Shown here: one piece after another, positions 50,301 to 63,729 of the stretch
Layout of the letters: each line of letters begins with the position of its first letter
How positions within the stretch are numbered: the stretch's first letter is position 1
Assembly (NCBI RefSeq): GCF_964355755.1
Contig: NC_092676.1
Coordinates: forward strand, 26,678,871 to 26,742,870
DNA length: 64,000 nucleotides
From: Antedon mediterranea
Lineage: Eukaryota > Animalia > Echinodermata
Reading direction: 5' to 3'
Translations under genes and position numbers: made by a program
The notes under the pieces: generated by a model
Databases searched by the model: none
What the model saw: the letters and a program-made list of their open reading frames with translations, nothing else
What the model was told of the DNA's origin: nothing

Positions 50301-53300
50301 AATATGGTAGTGATATGCCCAAATATGGCAGAGCTATGACATCATCATGTCTATATATGGGCACATCACATTTTTTTTTATCACATAAAGTTTAATAGTG
50401 TAGTCAGAGCTTTTAGAGCTAACTGTAACCTGATACTTGTTCAAAGAAGTTTGAGAGGAATGAGATTTTAAAATCCAATGTTAATGGAGCGTATACAGCC
50501 TTGATTCGTAGTTATGGAATAAAATCAAAATGTTAATATAGACAAAGACAAACATATATATTTACAATACTAACCTAGATGCTTTACTTGCATTTGTTAT
50601 GTTAGTTTGAGACGTAGTAGATTTTACAAGTTGGTTCATTTCAACATACGATGTTTGTTCTATGCTACTAGAAGGACGAGGTCCTGAATGTTAAAAAAAG
50701 CAGCAGATCAATCAATAGATCAATAATCAATAAAGATTACTAATAATTAATCAATACAAACTAGTTAGTTTTGAACTGTCTAAACTACAGGAAGGTAATA
50801 CATTCTGTAAAATATTATCTATCAATGTAAAAATGTTTTTTCTAAACTAAGAGAAGGTCAAGGTTCAGAATTCTGTAAATGATGAAACATAAATAAATAA
50901 TCAAAGAAAAATAATTATTAATCAATATTTGTGTTAGTGTTTAATCTAAGTACAAACCTTGCATTGGTGTTTCAGTTCTTTCGATATAATGTGAATTCCC
51001 TGTGAAAAATGATAATAAAATGTATTATAAAGCAACAATAATTTATAGAATGAATGAATATATAATATAATAAGTACAATAATAATATATCAGTGAATAG
51101 TAAATAAATTAAAGTAATAGTTTTTTTACCCCTCAAAAGTTGTTTAGAAGAGGACCTCGTCATTAATTGTGGTTTACCAGAATTTGTTCGCCTTTTAAAA
51201 AAAAAAATAAATTCTATTTTAGTAATTTTCTTTATAAACTTAGAACAAAAAGCATTAAGAATAAACATTATATAGTATAGCTTGGTTCTCACTAGCAACA
51301 CAACGCAACGCAATCTACGCAACGAAAAAAAAATGCCTATCTAGTCATTATGTTTGCCCCCGCCTGCGTGGAATCAAACCTACAATGTTTGCAGCACTAT
51401 TGCGTCATCGGTTGCGTTGCGTCGATACGTCGCTGCGTTGCGTTCTAGTGGGAACCACGCTTAAGAGAGAAGGGAAATAACAACATTTTATAAATAAAAC
51501 TCACCCATTATATACATGAATATTTGTAGCTGATGGACATCGACTTCGAGTTAAGGGTTTTGCTGTGAATGCTGTCAAATAATAATTAAATTAAAAACAA
51601 ATGTTAGTTCATACATAAAGTATCTAAACCTTTCTTTTGCATAATTGAACATATTACTAAACTTGTAAAAAATAGTGTAATATGTGAGGGCGTGTGGTAC
51701 AGTGTGTTGGATGTTTGACTACTGATCGTGAGATCGAGGTTCGAATCCAACTTCCGCTGCATTGCTTGTATCCTTTAGACAAGATACTTTACTTACGAAC
51801 CCGGTTAGATCAAGACACAACCTTGCGCTGATTACTAGCTACATTATAAGAGTATGTTTCCATATGTGTTTGATCCAAAATGACTGGGGCAATAATGTTC
51901 AGCGCTTAGAGGTTTCACAACATTAGACGCTATATAAATCCAGGATATTATTATTAATATGGCATACCTTTAGTTATAACTTCAGCATAATTTTGACTGT
52001 CATCAGTGAGCATTGGTTGCCTTTTCAGCGGGCTTCCCGATCGTCTGCCAGTCATTTGAGGTTGACCAATCGGAACCACCTTCTCATTTGGCACCATAGA
52101 CATGCTTATCTGTTTGTTGTAAGGCCGATTCTGGAATGGTGATGGTGCTCGATGACTCAATGACTGAACAGATTTCCGCGTGTCTACAACTGAATGTGTC
52201 CAGTCAAACTTTTCATCTAAAAGAAGAATTTTTCAAATTTAGATGCGCAAGTTTTTGTACCCAGAGATTTAACGAAATGGAGTGGAGCTGTAGCTTGGTG
52301 ACTTAGATGCTCGGCTACCAATCCCAGGGATGTCCTGTGCTTACCTGCAAATTGTAAGTCAGCAAGTTGATTAGCTACATAGTGTTCCGCAAATGCTTTC
52401 TCGTGATGTGGGCAGACACCTTCCACATGGCCTAGGGGTACGCCTGTCGCAGTTAATCCATGGTTACCTTGGGAGTAGTGGAACGTTGATTGATCTGTGG
52501 TAATGAAAATGATCAATGTTAAAGTATGCTATGATAATGCGTCTTACAAATCTTAAGATGTTGAAGGTAGAATATACCACTCAACTGGTAGGCTCTTTGA
52601 CCAACCTTTTCGTTCTCTACAAAGAAACCTGTCTATCACACCAAATCACATAACATGCAGGGGTCACATGTTTTGTACACATACCTTGAGCTGCTGGGGG
52701 TAGAACACCGCTCATCAGGTAGGCATTAGTGATTGCTTCAAGGTACTCTGTCTGCAATGAAAAAACACACAAACAATTAATAAGCTTTCCAAATTATTTT
52801 TAACATTTTGGAAAATCTTCTCTCAAATAAAATTCGCTGTGGTACTCACTTTCTTTAGTTGCCTTTCCTCACATCTTTCCTGAACAAACATCGGCACGCC
52901 ATCATTTCTTCCTGGGGTGATGCTTCGTTTTCCAGCAGAAGAAAGACGATCTGTATGTCTGTATCTCATTGTTTTATCCTGAAGAAAAAAGTTTCTATAG
53001 ATAAGACGAAGGTAAAAGGTTTTCCAGGAACAATTACATTGAAAAAAGGTTTGTAGTAATAAATGAGAATGAAAAATAATATTATTATTTTTTTTTAAAT
53101 ATTAGTTTGATAAAAAGAATTTTAATCCCAATAGTATAACATGTTAAATATTTTACTTTTTTCTTATCAGTTTTTGAAGTTGGTGTTGTCTTCTCTTTGC
53201 TGTCTTTTGCATTTTCACCAGCTTTTTCCTTCGCAAGCTTTTCTGCTGCTTTTTCCAAACTTTTTCTTTTTTTGTCTCTCTCCTTTCTTGATCTCAATTT

Positions 53301-56300
53301 TTTCTTTTTGGAAAGCTGTAAAAAATGTCATATTTGAAATATCTTCATCCAAATAAAAAAAAACTTAAACAACACTAACATTACCTTTCAATGAAAACTG
53401 ATTTCTAGTTAACCAAACCATATCATATCAGTCACTTTATGGCAAAGTGCCCCTATTATGTTACAATATTATTATAATAATTACTGTTATTCATAATTCT
53501 AAATAATTTTTACCTTTGGAGCCAAAGCAAGCAAATGCACAGGAAGACCATCATCAACTGAACTATCAGATCCACTTGTACTAAGAAAATAAAAATTAAC
53601 GATTAAGATTTTATAGCATGCATTATGAAACACTTCCACCCCCAATCTGAAAATGGATTGTCCTATTCACCATACCTCGATTCAATAGCTGATGTGTAAT
53701 CATCACTCAGGTTGACTATACCATTCTCTGGCATAGGGGATCCTGTTCGTTGAAGATGCGCTAGTATTTCTTGTCTCATTTTCTCCTTTAGTTCATCCAA
53801 TATTTGTTCATACTGAAATAAAAATTAATATTTATGTAGTTCTAGAATTTTGTTATTATGTTCTCAAACAGACATAATAGAGAAACGCAAACAATTTATG
53901 TAAACATGTAGTGTAGGCCTGAATCTGTTTACTAAGCAAAGATATAAAGGAATATGATCAATTTAAAAACAAACACAACAGCTACTACAGTACATAACAG
54001 GGTACATTATAAGCTAAAATGCTATGATAGGGAGAAAGAAAACGAATATAAATATTTACAGATGAGGAAAGAAAAGTGAAATGGTCCAATATGAATTATT
54101 AATTTAATGAAAACATAATCAAATAAAAAAAAAGCAAATACAGTATCTCCATAATATGATGTAAAGTAGACAAACAAAAAGGCAAATGTATACTTTTTTG
54201 GAAAATTTATTTGAATAAACGCCCTAGGGAGAAATGTGTTTTAATACAATATTGTGTATATGCATGTGGCAGGGCATTTATTTGAGGAAATAAATAAAGG
54301 CACCTGGCACCAGGGCATGCTGAGAGGGGGGGGGGGGGGGAAGTGGCCAGGGCATTTATTCGATGAGGGGGGGGGGGGGGGTTATTTAAAATGATGTTCT
54401 ATGGGGGCGTTTATTAAAAATGATGTTCTATGGGGGCGTTTATTAGAGGTAGGCGTTTATTCAAAGCAGTGCGTTTATTCGAATAAATATGGTAAGCATT
54501 AAAAAATACAGGCATATAAAGATTACAAAATAAAAAAAAAACAATTTCAAACAAATTAGTGCAAATGAAAATTGCTTATGAATAATTCAACATCTGTTTG
54601 TATTTACCATTGAGAATATAAAATTGTGGCATAAAAACGATATGTAAATATTATAGTTAATAACTTTGATAAGAAATGAAGAAATAGTTGATTACATTAG
54701 GTTATATAAAAAAGGCTGGCTTCCTCAATGTTACTGAAAATAGCAGAAACAATTATAAACTGCTCATGAAAACTTTGTATTTTTTCTTTTTCTGTCTCAA
54801 AATATCATTTTTTTGTAATTGTAATGCGTCCGTCTACGTTTTATGCTTAGGGACTACAAAGACAAGCCACTTTGGCTTCTGTCTGTAAACTATTGATGTT
54901 GAATAAATGTTGTTGTTACACTATAAAAAAACTCAAATCTGGCTAGAACGGTACAAACATTTTGTCGCAATTGATGAGAAAATTTATGTACATTATTTTG
55001 AAATTATTATTCAAAGGATGAATTAGTTTATATATTAAATTATATTAGTTAATTATAAAAATAGGTAAGTGGGACTAACCTTAGAAATATCTGGGTCACA
55101 AAGGTCCAGCAAAGAGTCACAAAAATGGTAGCCCATTGCTTCAAAGTCTTTGGTGTTGAAATGGGTCTTGCTCCGAGAGCCTAAGGAAGAGCCACAGAAA
55201 GTAGCCTAGCAAAAAAAAAAAACCCATTCATTTATTTATTTTATTCAGTTGACAACCAACAGCAATTTGTTGAATCTAATAAACCAACAACATTACATAG
55301 ACTTAATAAATTTACCCTTAAATATATTTAAGCTATAAAATTATAAACTAAATCAACATCAAAACATGTAACAAGCGCACTGTAAAAACAATATTATATG
55401 ATATAAAAAATGTATTTTCTTTTAATATTTTTTTTCGGAAAAACAATTATTACCTCCATTGTGAAACTATTCAAAATTCCCATTTGCCAGATAACAACAC
55501 GCCCAGTACCTTCTTTACTCTTCTGAACTTTGAACTTGCAACTATTGTAATTAAACTGAAAGAAAAAAATGTAAAAGATATAGTTTCACTACTAAGGACG
55601 ATCAAGTATACTGATGGAAACGTCGAGAAACTCAACCGTACACTTTTTCAGAACTATTATACAGTATACGTGTACCACAAACTTTATATCAACAACATTG
55701 AAATTATTGGAACGTCTTTCAATTAAGACATTCAGTAGTTAATCCATTTGCAATACTGTAAATTGGCTGAATTAACCTAGTCAGTAGTGACGCCAGACAA
55801 GACAAAATCATGGTGCAACCACTGAATGTGGTCCACTTTGGATCTGCCAGATTGTATTTAGTGTTATACTGTATGTTTTACGACCTTACTTTGCAACATA
55901 TTAAATAAATCCAAACAAACCTTCTCTGGGGCGTTCCTTCCCAAGATAACTGGAAATATACGCTCCCTTAAACGTCGTGATGCGATACGCTTATTATCAC
56001 AGCCGTAGATAAACACATTCTGTTTCCTACTGTGTCCGTGAAGGTCACAGTACATAATGATCTCACGTTCATCTTGTAACCTGAAAGAGAAATTGCAATG
56101 TAACCCAAAAAATGATTGTGCATCAGATAATTATGCCTTGTCTACACTATAAAACTTTATGTGACAAAAAAATGTCATGTGCCCATATATGGCCATGATG
56201 ATGGCATATCACTACCATATTTGGAACATCACACTTTTTTGTTAAACTAGTTTCATAGTGTAGACAGAGATTAAGAGTATGTGTTATTAACACAATATAA

Positions 56301-59300
56301 CCTCTCCTTTGGGACACCTCTGATGACGCCTCTATTGTACAAGGGGAAATATATATTTTAACACTACGGCTAACCCCTATTAAGGGGATAGGTATAGGTA
56401 TAGGTATAGGTATGTCCCAAAGGTGTCCCATTAATATGGGTTCTATTCTAATTTTTTACTTGAAATTGATTGGTGGAACTTACTTCTTAATCATGTTTTT
56501 CGTGTGAGCAACCGACGGGAAGGAGTCTTTGAGAATACTCTTGTAATTTCTGTTTAAGTCTCGTCCAGAAAGAGAACATCTATAGTTGCCGACAATAACA
56601 CCATCAGGATTCAACATCGGCACGATTTTAAAAACAAATGTGTCTCGCAAAAGCTGGTAGAAAAAATTTGAATACGATATCAAACATCAAAAAAATAATC
56701 CAATCTCATTCACTTTTGGTTTTCACTAAATAATAAATTAAAGTTATTAATTAAGATGTTCGCTTACCTTAGCATCAGCACTGTTCCCTGTAAGGTAGTC
56801 CAGGAAACCCTTCATCATCCAGCTGGAATTGGTTTCACCTGGATGCACTCGTGCAGTTAACACAACTGCTTTTTTAGTCTTTGAAAATGAAAGAAAACCT
56901 TAGTAGTGATAGCCTAGTAGTACACGATGTTTATTTTTTGTATGATTTAGACTTGTATACACAAGAGATGAAATGACTTGTGAACTCACAAGATTCTTAG
57001 GTGGTTGCATATCTTAATAAATTATCAAATAGACATGTGTTCACACTTGTAAAGTTACCTACCTTAGCATCTGAAGGGTGTTTAGAAGGTGATGTTATCG
57101 TAAGAATGTACACGCAGTTACCAGCTAAAGACCGGCACAAAACACGCACTTTGCAAAACTTATTCTTCACTGGATCGTTACTAAGATTTAACAAATAATC
57201 CTGTGCAAAGAAATAATAATAATGTTATCATATAATATACAGTATAATAATTAGTATAATACAATTAAAAATATAATAAAAATTACTGTAATATTAACAT
57301 TTGGCAGTGCAATAGCTGTCAGCATTTAATCTCTATTTAGGGCCAAAAAAATGATCATTTCCCCATGGGATATGGAATAATGTCACTCAACCCAAATATT
57401 TATTTTACATTTATAACTATAAAATGTTCATAGTACCTGTAGATGCGAGTAGGTGTATGGATAACAATGAGCAAGGTAACAGGTATCATCTGCATTTTGA
57501 AACACACATGTCCATGTCAACGAATAAAAGTATTTTTCACCCTTCAAATCTGTACGTCTGTATAAAGAAAGCATAATAAACCATCAGAAAATAGCAGTTG
57601 GGATCTAATAAGTCAATAAACAACAGGATGCTGAGCTCCAGAGATCAAAGGGTTTATCTGTGGCTGTGACATGATCAGTTCCCCCACCCTTAACATTCAC
57701 CACAAAGAATATGTACATAGCACAGTATTCTTGGTATGTGTCGCAGCCAGACATAAGATCAAAGGACTGTTATGAGTTAGGGCAAGTACAAAATAGCCCA
57801 TGAAATTGTGAAATTATTTACTGCAGTAAATCAAGTACTGAAGTAAAATCTTACTGTATGTTGTTCTTGTAATATTTGATATCTTGTCCGATTCTTCTCC
57901 AGCCTCTTCCTTTTGTCTCTGCATCTTTTTCTGAATACATCAATGGCTTCATACCCATGTTATACAGACTTCCAGACTGTGCGAAAATAACAATGTTTAT
58001 AAATACATTTAAACATAGAGGTATGATACAACTAGAGAATCAACTAATTTAACAAGGTGATGCCAACAGGGCAGGGATTATCTCCGTAAAATATTATTGG
58101 TTTATCAAACAAATTATACTGTTGATGATTTGCCTGAACTTACTTTGAGAAAGTTTGTGATAGTAAATCGGTAGCGTACACCTGGTTTTACGTTCTTCAC
58201 TTGGAAATAGAACCACTGCGTGTGCTTATTGGTGTACATATCATATCGTAGCAATAAGTTATATTCATATTCTCCACTGAAATAGAAATATGAAACAAAC
58301 TCTATATAAACACTAGTAGTAGTACAGATCAGTTAGTATAAATTATATTAAAAATCAAGACATTTACATGACAGATAGGGAATTGTTAAAAATATATTCC
58401 CCATGAAAATGTTCTATCTTTTGACTGGAAGTCAACCGGTTTTGGTTGAATTTAACAGTTTATTTTGTCTTTTTATAAGTGAAAACGTTATCTTTTTAAG
58501 GATTTTAAGTGATTATATTAAAACTATTCAACATCTCTTTTTTTATTAATCTCAATTTTTCATGTTCTTGGGGGACAATACATCTTTGGGCCTAAATCTA
58601 TTTCTCACTCCTGGTTATCTTTATCATTATTTTCATTGGTGACCGAATAAATATTATTATTATTAAACATACACTTTAGTAGCTTTCATCAGATTCCCAC
58701 TTTCAAACCGTGATTCAAACAATAGAGTTGTATCTTCTTCTGATTTTAATTTAATACCGCGGAACGGACAGCTGTGTTTGCTTCCTCCCACTCTAGACCT
58801 CAGAAACTGTGAGACAATAAAACAAAATATGAATATGAAAAGCTGTATAATAATATAAGCAATAAAAAGAATTGTTTATTTCTAATTTACATAAAATATG
58901 GCTTCAATTTATTTTCATTTCAATTTCATGAGTTTAGCTACATTTTTTTATTACCATATTTATTCAAATAAACGGCCCGCTTTGAATAAACGTATCTCCT
59001 GAATAAACACCGTCTCCCGCCCGCCCATAGAACATCATTTTGAATAAACTCCCCTCGAATAAACTCACCAAGGCCTTTATTTATTTCCGCAAATAAACTC
59101 CCACCACATGCATTATATAGATAATATTGCATTACGCATTTCCTATTTGTAGTAGAATTCATTGATTGACATGATCTACAATTTACCAAGCATTTTGATA
59201 CAATTTTGTCTGTTATTATATCCAAGGATGCTTTGGCATGGAACTTTTGTTCTGTTTACACTATCAAACTAGTTTGACAAAACAAAGTGTGATGTGACCA

Positions 59301-62300
59301 AATATGGTAGTGATATGCTTAACAAATATGTTAGTGAGATGATATCACCATGTTCATATATGGGCACATCACATTTCACATAAAGTTCGATTGTGTAGAC
59401 AAGGCTTAATAATAGTTGTATATCTTGAATACCAGGTAAAATATGAAGGGAAAATATAACTTACATAGGCCTCTTTGGTTGGTGGGTTGTAGTAAACAAC
59501 TTTACCATCTCCGTCTGTTGGGTGGTGAGGGGTTTTCTCTAGACCGGCTACAATTCAAAATCAATGGAAAACTATATATAAAGCTCTGTCTACACTATCA
59601 AACTAGGTTGAAAAAACAAAGGTGTGATGTGCCCAAATATGGTAGTGATGTGCCCAAATATAGTAGTTTTATGACATCATCATGTCTATATATGGACATT
59701 TTTTGTCACATAATGTTTGATAGTGTAGACAAGGCATAATAATCAGATTCACAGTCAACATTTTTTTGGTTGCAATTTCTCTTTCAGGTTACAAGATGAA
59801 CATCATTATGTACTATGACCTTCGCGGAAACTTTAGGAAACAGAATGTATATGGGCACATCACATTTTTTTGTCACATAAAGTTTGATAGTGTAGACAGA
59901 GTTTATTGTAGTAGGAAACTCAACATAAGGGCATCAATCAATATTATAACATGGTTACTAATAAATGAGGTGAATAATTTACTTACTTGGGACATAGAAA
60001 GGCTCTTCAAAGTTCGGTACAACCGAAACATGGAATATCCTGTCGGGTAAGACCTCCATTTCTGCAGGCCTATGAAATATTGTAAAATAATATGAATAAA
60101 GAAAGGACACCTCCGGCAAGTACAATTATTTCAGTATGGATGGACCTCGTTTCAGAAACGTTTGTACCATTTTTAGGGACCGTGAACTACTCAATAGGGA
60201 GTGTAACATCCATGTTAATTATGTATTCCTAGTTAAAAAATTATTTTTATTTTAACTAAAATTAAACATTTATTAAACTCACCATCGTGGTGCCTGTTGT
60301 GGTCCGTATTCTTTATTTAAGGCGTACAAATTCCGTGGCTCACGAAGTTTAGGAACCTACAAAAACATGTTGTTTAAAGTTATATTAATTAAATCATTAT
60401 TAGGTCGCGTCTTAGTCTTATCTCTGTAGTGTAAAACTCAAACAATCGAAACATTAACATTATTATTAGGGACAGATTATCATGAAACATTTTTATTGTC
60501 AATCGGTAAAGTTACAGGGAATTAAAACATGTAATGTCTTAAAATATTTGGAGTTCCTTTAGTATTTATAAAAAGGATGTCATTTCTTAAAAGTTTCTTA
60601 AAAGCGGTATGAGGTGTGTTTAGATAATATACATAATCACATGGTGGTCCTTATGAATGAGAACAGGGAATGTTACTATAGAAATCAATAATCCATTTTA
60701 ATGAGAACTTGATAGTCAATACTCATCATCTAAGCCTAATCCCAAAGTGGATTACCTTCCTGAAAGGTATAACAGTATAGATTATCTGTCGGGATGTGAT
60801 GGGTTTCCTATACTTAAATCATTATTATAAATTGAATAAAAATAGTTTCTTTTAATTTACAGAAGAAAAACCGCAAGTGGGCATATTTGAGCGAATACTA
60901 TCAGACTACCTTATAGAAGCACTACCAAATCCCCCACAAGCTTTAATTTAGAATGTAAATGCATTAATTCTAGTATGTAACACTGTTGGATGTATGTAAT
61001 AAGATAGACAGACTTACCATCTTTCCTGCTTGATAACTGTATGTGATCTGCGTTGATTTTTTCTCATCCTCACCTGGTCGGTAATCTGCAAGAATAATAG
61101 CATCTCTTTAGTGAGTAACTAAATTGATAACAGTGTGCCATACAGCATAATTAAATGATCAATAAGAGCTTCCGTTTGTAAATATCATTTATTGGATTAT
61201 TTCAGACAACTATCTTATTAATTTTGAGTATTGAGGATGAATGTGAAACATTCTTTGTTAGTCATCACTGATTGGTTTATTAAAAATGCTGTCTTGTTAC
61301 TACGGGATACAGTATCTTTGAAATCCTTAAAGAAACATGCTGATATATTAATTAATAACTTCAAGTAGTCATAAAATTGTTGAAAGTACAACATCCTGCT
61401 ATACTCGTCATTGATTGACTGTTTATGTTGGCAATATTTAACAATGTAAATAAAAATTTCAGGAAACTCTATACTCAATATCAAGAGACTTAATCTGTAA
61501 ATAAATTACAAAAATAATATCAATTGACGTTGAATAGTGCGGAATAGTCAACTCCATCCTTAGTTTGAGCCCTCCTAAAATAGTACTATTCTATTGATTG
61601 TTATTTGGCTTAACAACAAAAAATGTTTGCAAAAAATGTTGTCATTAAACTCAAGTTTATCTTAATTCTATTATGCTGTCGGAAGTTCAGCAACATTATT
61701 CACGACATCACTTCAATGTCAATCAAGGACTTACGAAAGTTGGTGAAGCTGTCGGAAAAACTGTAAAAGCAGCAACTGATATAAATTATTAAAAAATTGC
61801 AAAACGTTCGGCGAAATGTATATTATTCTATTTTTCGTACATACCTACGCATGTTTATATAATACCTCTCACCAATTGAAATTATATAAGTATGTAAAAA
61901 TAGAATCCACAAAATCTACAGAAATGGTAAGATATATCCAGACAATACTCCCTCTGAACTATACAAAGTACATGTCGTGTAGTAAATCAGTCTGAAAATC
62001 ACATCACACTACAACGTAATAATAGACGTTTTGTTCTCCCACAATGGATTGCGACGGCGATCAAGTGGTTGTGATTGTGCCGTGTTGCAATATTGCAATT
62101 TATACATCTTAACGACAACATGATTTTATTGATTTTCTCCCACTATTTGTGAAAACAGAGCCACTGTGTTTGTTCTTAAATACCAGTTCTTTTTACTTCT
62201 ATTCTAAACTACTGATCAATATGTGTAAATAATTTCATATGGTTTGAGTATTACTACTACTACAATCAATACTTATGTAACAACATGCATATATAGTGGC

Positions 62301-63729
62301 ACAATAGATGGTACTTTAAGTAAGCCTTTAAATTCTACAACTCTGGGTTCAAATCTGCCTAGCTTCCATGGTCAAAAACAACATCATGTATCTGCCAAAA
62401 AGTATTTATTTTTTATTTAGTTTGTATTAACTTATACAATCAATACTTTAATGTAACAACTAACATGCATATATAGTGGCACAATAGATTGGTGCTTAGT
62501 AAGCTGGCCTTTAAATTCCACAGCCCCGGGTTCAAATCTTCTCATGGCAAAAAACAGCATCATGTAATGGATTGCACTAAGGCATGTAAACTTTTTATTT
62601 TTATTTATTTAATTAAATTCTGATTTTTTTTATGAAGAGCCTGTAGAATTCTGATGCCCTGGATTGAAAAGCTATCAAAAGAGGACGCAGGACAAATACA
62701 GGTCACGGACGTTGGTGGTGCATGTTTTGTGAAACGACGAATTAATTTTAAAGAAAATGCTTATCATTGTTTACTTATGAAGTACAATAATTAAATTGAC
62801 TAGCATGACTATGTATGAAACAATGTTTGTATGACACATATACAGGTGTAAATGGATGTCTAAAGTAAGGTAAATAAAAAACATCTGCTTGGTTTCACAC
62901 ATGAATATTAATTCGCTTCTTGTTAAGAATGTCAAAATGATCATAAGTGTGTTTGTGGCAACAAGAATTTGTTTCACATTCTTCCACGGATTCTTTCAAC
63001 TTAAATTAAGGTTTTATAAATGTATGTAACTTATATACTGTCATAAAAGATACAATTAAAGATGTACAGTATTGTCAAAAAATTGACTAGCATGACTATG
63101 TATGAAACAATGTTTGTATGACACATATACAGGTGTAAATGGATGTCTAAAGTAAGGTAAATAAAAAACATCTGCTTGGTTTCACACATGAATATTAATT
63201 TGTTAAGAATGTCAAAATGATCATAAGTGTGTTTGTGGCAACAAGAATTTGTTTCACATTCTTCCACGGATTCTTTCAACTTAAATTAAGGTTTTATAAA
63301 TGTATGTAACTTATATACTGTCATAAAAGATACAATTAAAGATGTACAGTATTGTCAAAAATAGTCAAACTGGCTGCCAGCCAAATTTGGTTTTTTTTTA
63401 TATATTAAATTTTACTGTTTCTTTTGTCTTTTTAGTGAAAACATTGTTTTTTAACATTTTTTTTTCTACGAAAATGATTAACTTATTAATTAAATCTGCA
63501 AATGGACATTCAAAGTCTGATTTCATTTTTTGGGGGGACAATACATTTTTAAAAATAAAAAATGTTAATATTAATTTTCTAGTTTTATAAATTATAGACC
63601 AAAATCAACAACATCCAATTCAATAGTCTTACCTCTTGTCATAAATTGCTGTTTATCTCCAAATGAATTAACATTTTTTAAACTAAATTTGGCAACTCGT
63701 TGAGGAACAGCATGGGATATCCACGCCAT
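47373..63729 (-). CDS. AGBL2: Cytosolic carboxypeptidase 2/3-like tubulin deglutamylase (M14D), more than 25 exons
   Basis: Spliced peptides [11 protein letters not shown] (60282-60355), [10 protein letters not shown] (about 58690-58720), HTQWFYF (about 58205-58225), [23 protein letters not shown] (about 56820-56860), [41 protein letters not shown] (exon starting 56080) and SFTME|ATFCG. Long low-complexity C-terminus includes an exon at about 47827-49266; stop at 47373-47375. The first exon 63633-63729 and some C-terminal exons are tentative, and AGBL2 versus AGBL3 cannot be resolved. Confidence 0.88.
51687..51957 (+). mobile_element. tRNA-derived SINE (same family as 24580-24899)
   Basis: agggcgtgtggtacag..gatcgtgagatcgaggttcgaatcc..gcgctatataaatccaggatattattatt. 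Confidence 0.8.
54195..54494. mobile_element. Decayed Tc1/pogo-like MITE
   Basis: Ends atttatttgaataaacgc / gcgtttattcgaataaatatggta with ggcrtttatt subrepeats. An inverted partial relative lies at about 58952-59105. Confidence 0.55.
59582..59901 (+). mobile_element. Composite MITE-A structure enclosing an inverted copy of an AGBL2 acceptor and exon start
   Basis: MITE 59582-59735, then 59736-59848 matching the reverse complement of 56015-56134, then a second MITE right end at 59849-59901. Confidence 0.8.
62261..62570 (+). repeat. Two tandem degenerate SINE-like heads
   Basis: tacaatcaatactt..catgcatatatagtggcacaatagat..gggttcaaatct occurs twice, at about 62261 and 62435. Confidence 0.6.
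62793..63362. repeat. Near-identical tandem duplication of about 285 bp
   Basis: Units start at about 62793 and 63080 and differ mainly by a 7-nt indel (cgcttct). Confidence 0.9.
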
